This document shows positions 63,936-64,000 of a stretch of DNA of 64,000 nt, piece after piece. Where the stretch lies: assembly GCA_964574995.1 (NCBI GenBank), contig CAZNPF010000007.1:3689-67688 (forward strand). Reading direction: 5' to 3'. Source of the stretch: an uncultured Pseudomonadales bacterium. Its GTDB lineage: Bacteria > Pseudomonadota > Gammaproteobacteria > Pseudomonadales > JADFDG01. The notes below the pieces were generated by a model. That model was not told the origin of the DNA. It searched no databases and saw only the letters and a program-made list of their open reading frames with translations. The translations under genes and the position numbers were made by a program. Every line of letters begins with the position of its first letter. Positions within the stretch are counted from its first letter, which is position 1.

Positions 63936-64000
63936 TCAGCGTCCTTGTTCGCCTTCGAAACTCACCACGCGCGCGTAAGGGGAAACACCCGTACTGCCGT
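63936..64000 (-). CDS. mucA: C-terminal end of anti-sigma factor MucA/RseA (partial, runs off window)
   Basis: Hand translation GSTGVSPYARVVSFEGEQGR*; PYAR resembles MucA C-termini; 6 nt upstream of mucB. Confidence 0.75.
   Translation of the reverse strand, partial: GSTGVSPYARVVSFEGEQGR

Overview
GC-rich gammaproteobacterial chromosome segment (gene order resembles Pseudomonadales-type genomes; taxon not determinable from sequence alone). About 24-64 kb is mostly core genes: ppc, rsmJ-uppP-thioesterase-tsaB-yoaA, hemH-adk, ccmFGHI, fabAB, a porin, relA-mazG-moaA-moaB-moeA, rlmD, cysM, gacS/barA and the mucA-mucB-mucD-lepA-lepB-rnc-era-recO-pdxJ-acpS block. About 0-22 kb is accessory: lipid/acyl-CoA catabolism (esterase, nitronate monooxygenase, Fe-ADH, ALDH, racemase, 4-hydroxybutyryl-CoA dehydratase homolog, thiolase), a GldAFG-like ABC transporter and a MerR-regulated copper operon. 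No rRNA, tRNA, CRISPR array, transposase or integrase was recognised. Most notable observations: (1) an AbrB-VapC toxin-antitoxin module with integron-cassette signatures (upstream attC-like fold-back, 10/11-nt complementary core and inverse-core ends) but no integrase in the window; (2) a racemase / Fe-S dehydratase / thiolase cluster of undefined substrate; (3) a 198-aa Lys/Ala-rich histone H1-like protein whose predicted promoter spacer contains a T9 tract; (4) a ZntR-type operator in front of a copper operon; (5) a degenerate GGDEF membrane protein that keeps the RxxD I-site; (6) many short tandem duplications, including a 14-bp x5 array over a stop codon. All calls come from reading motifs by eye; no database searches were run.
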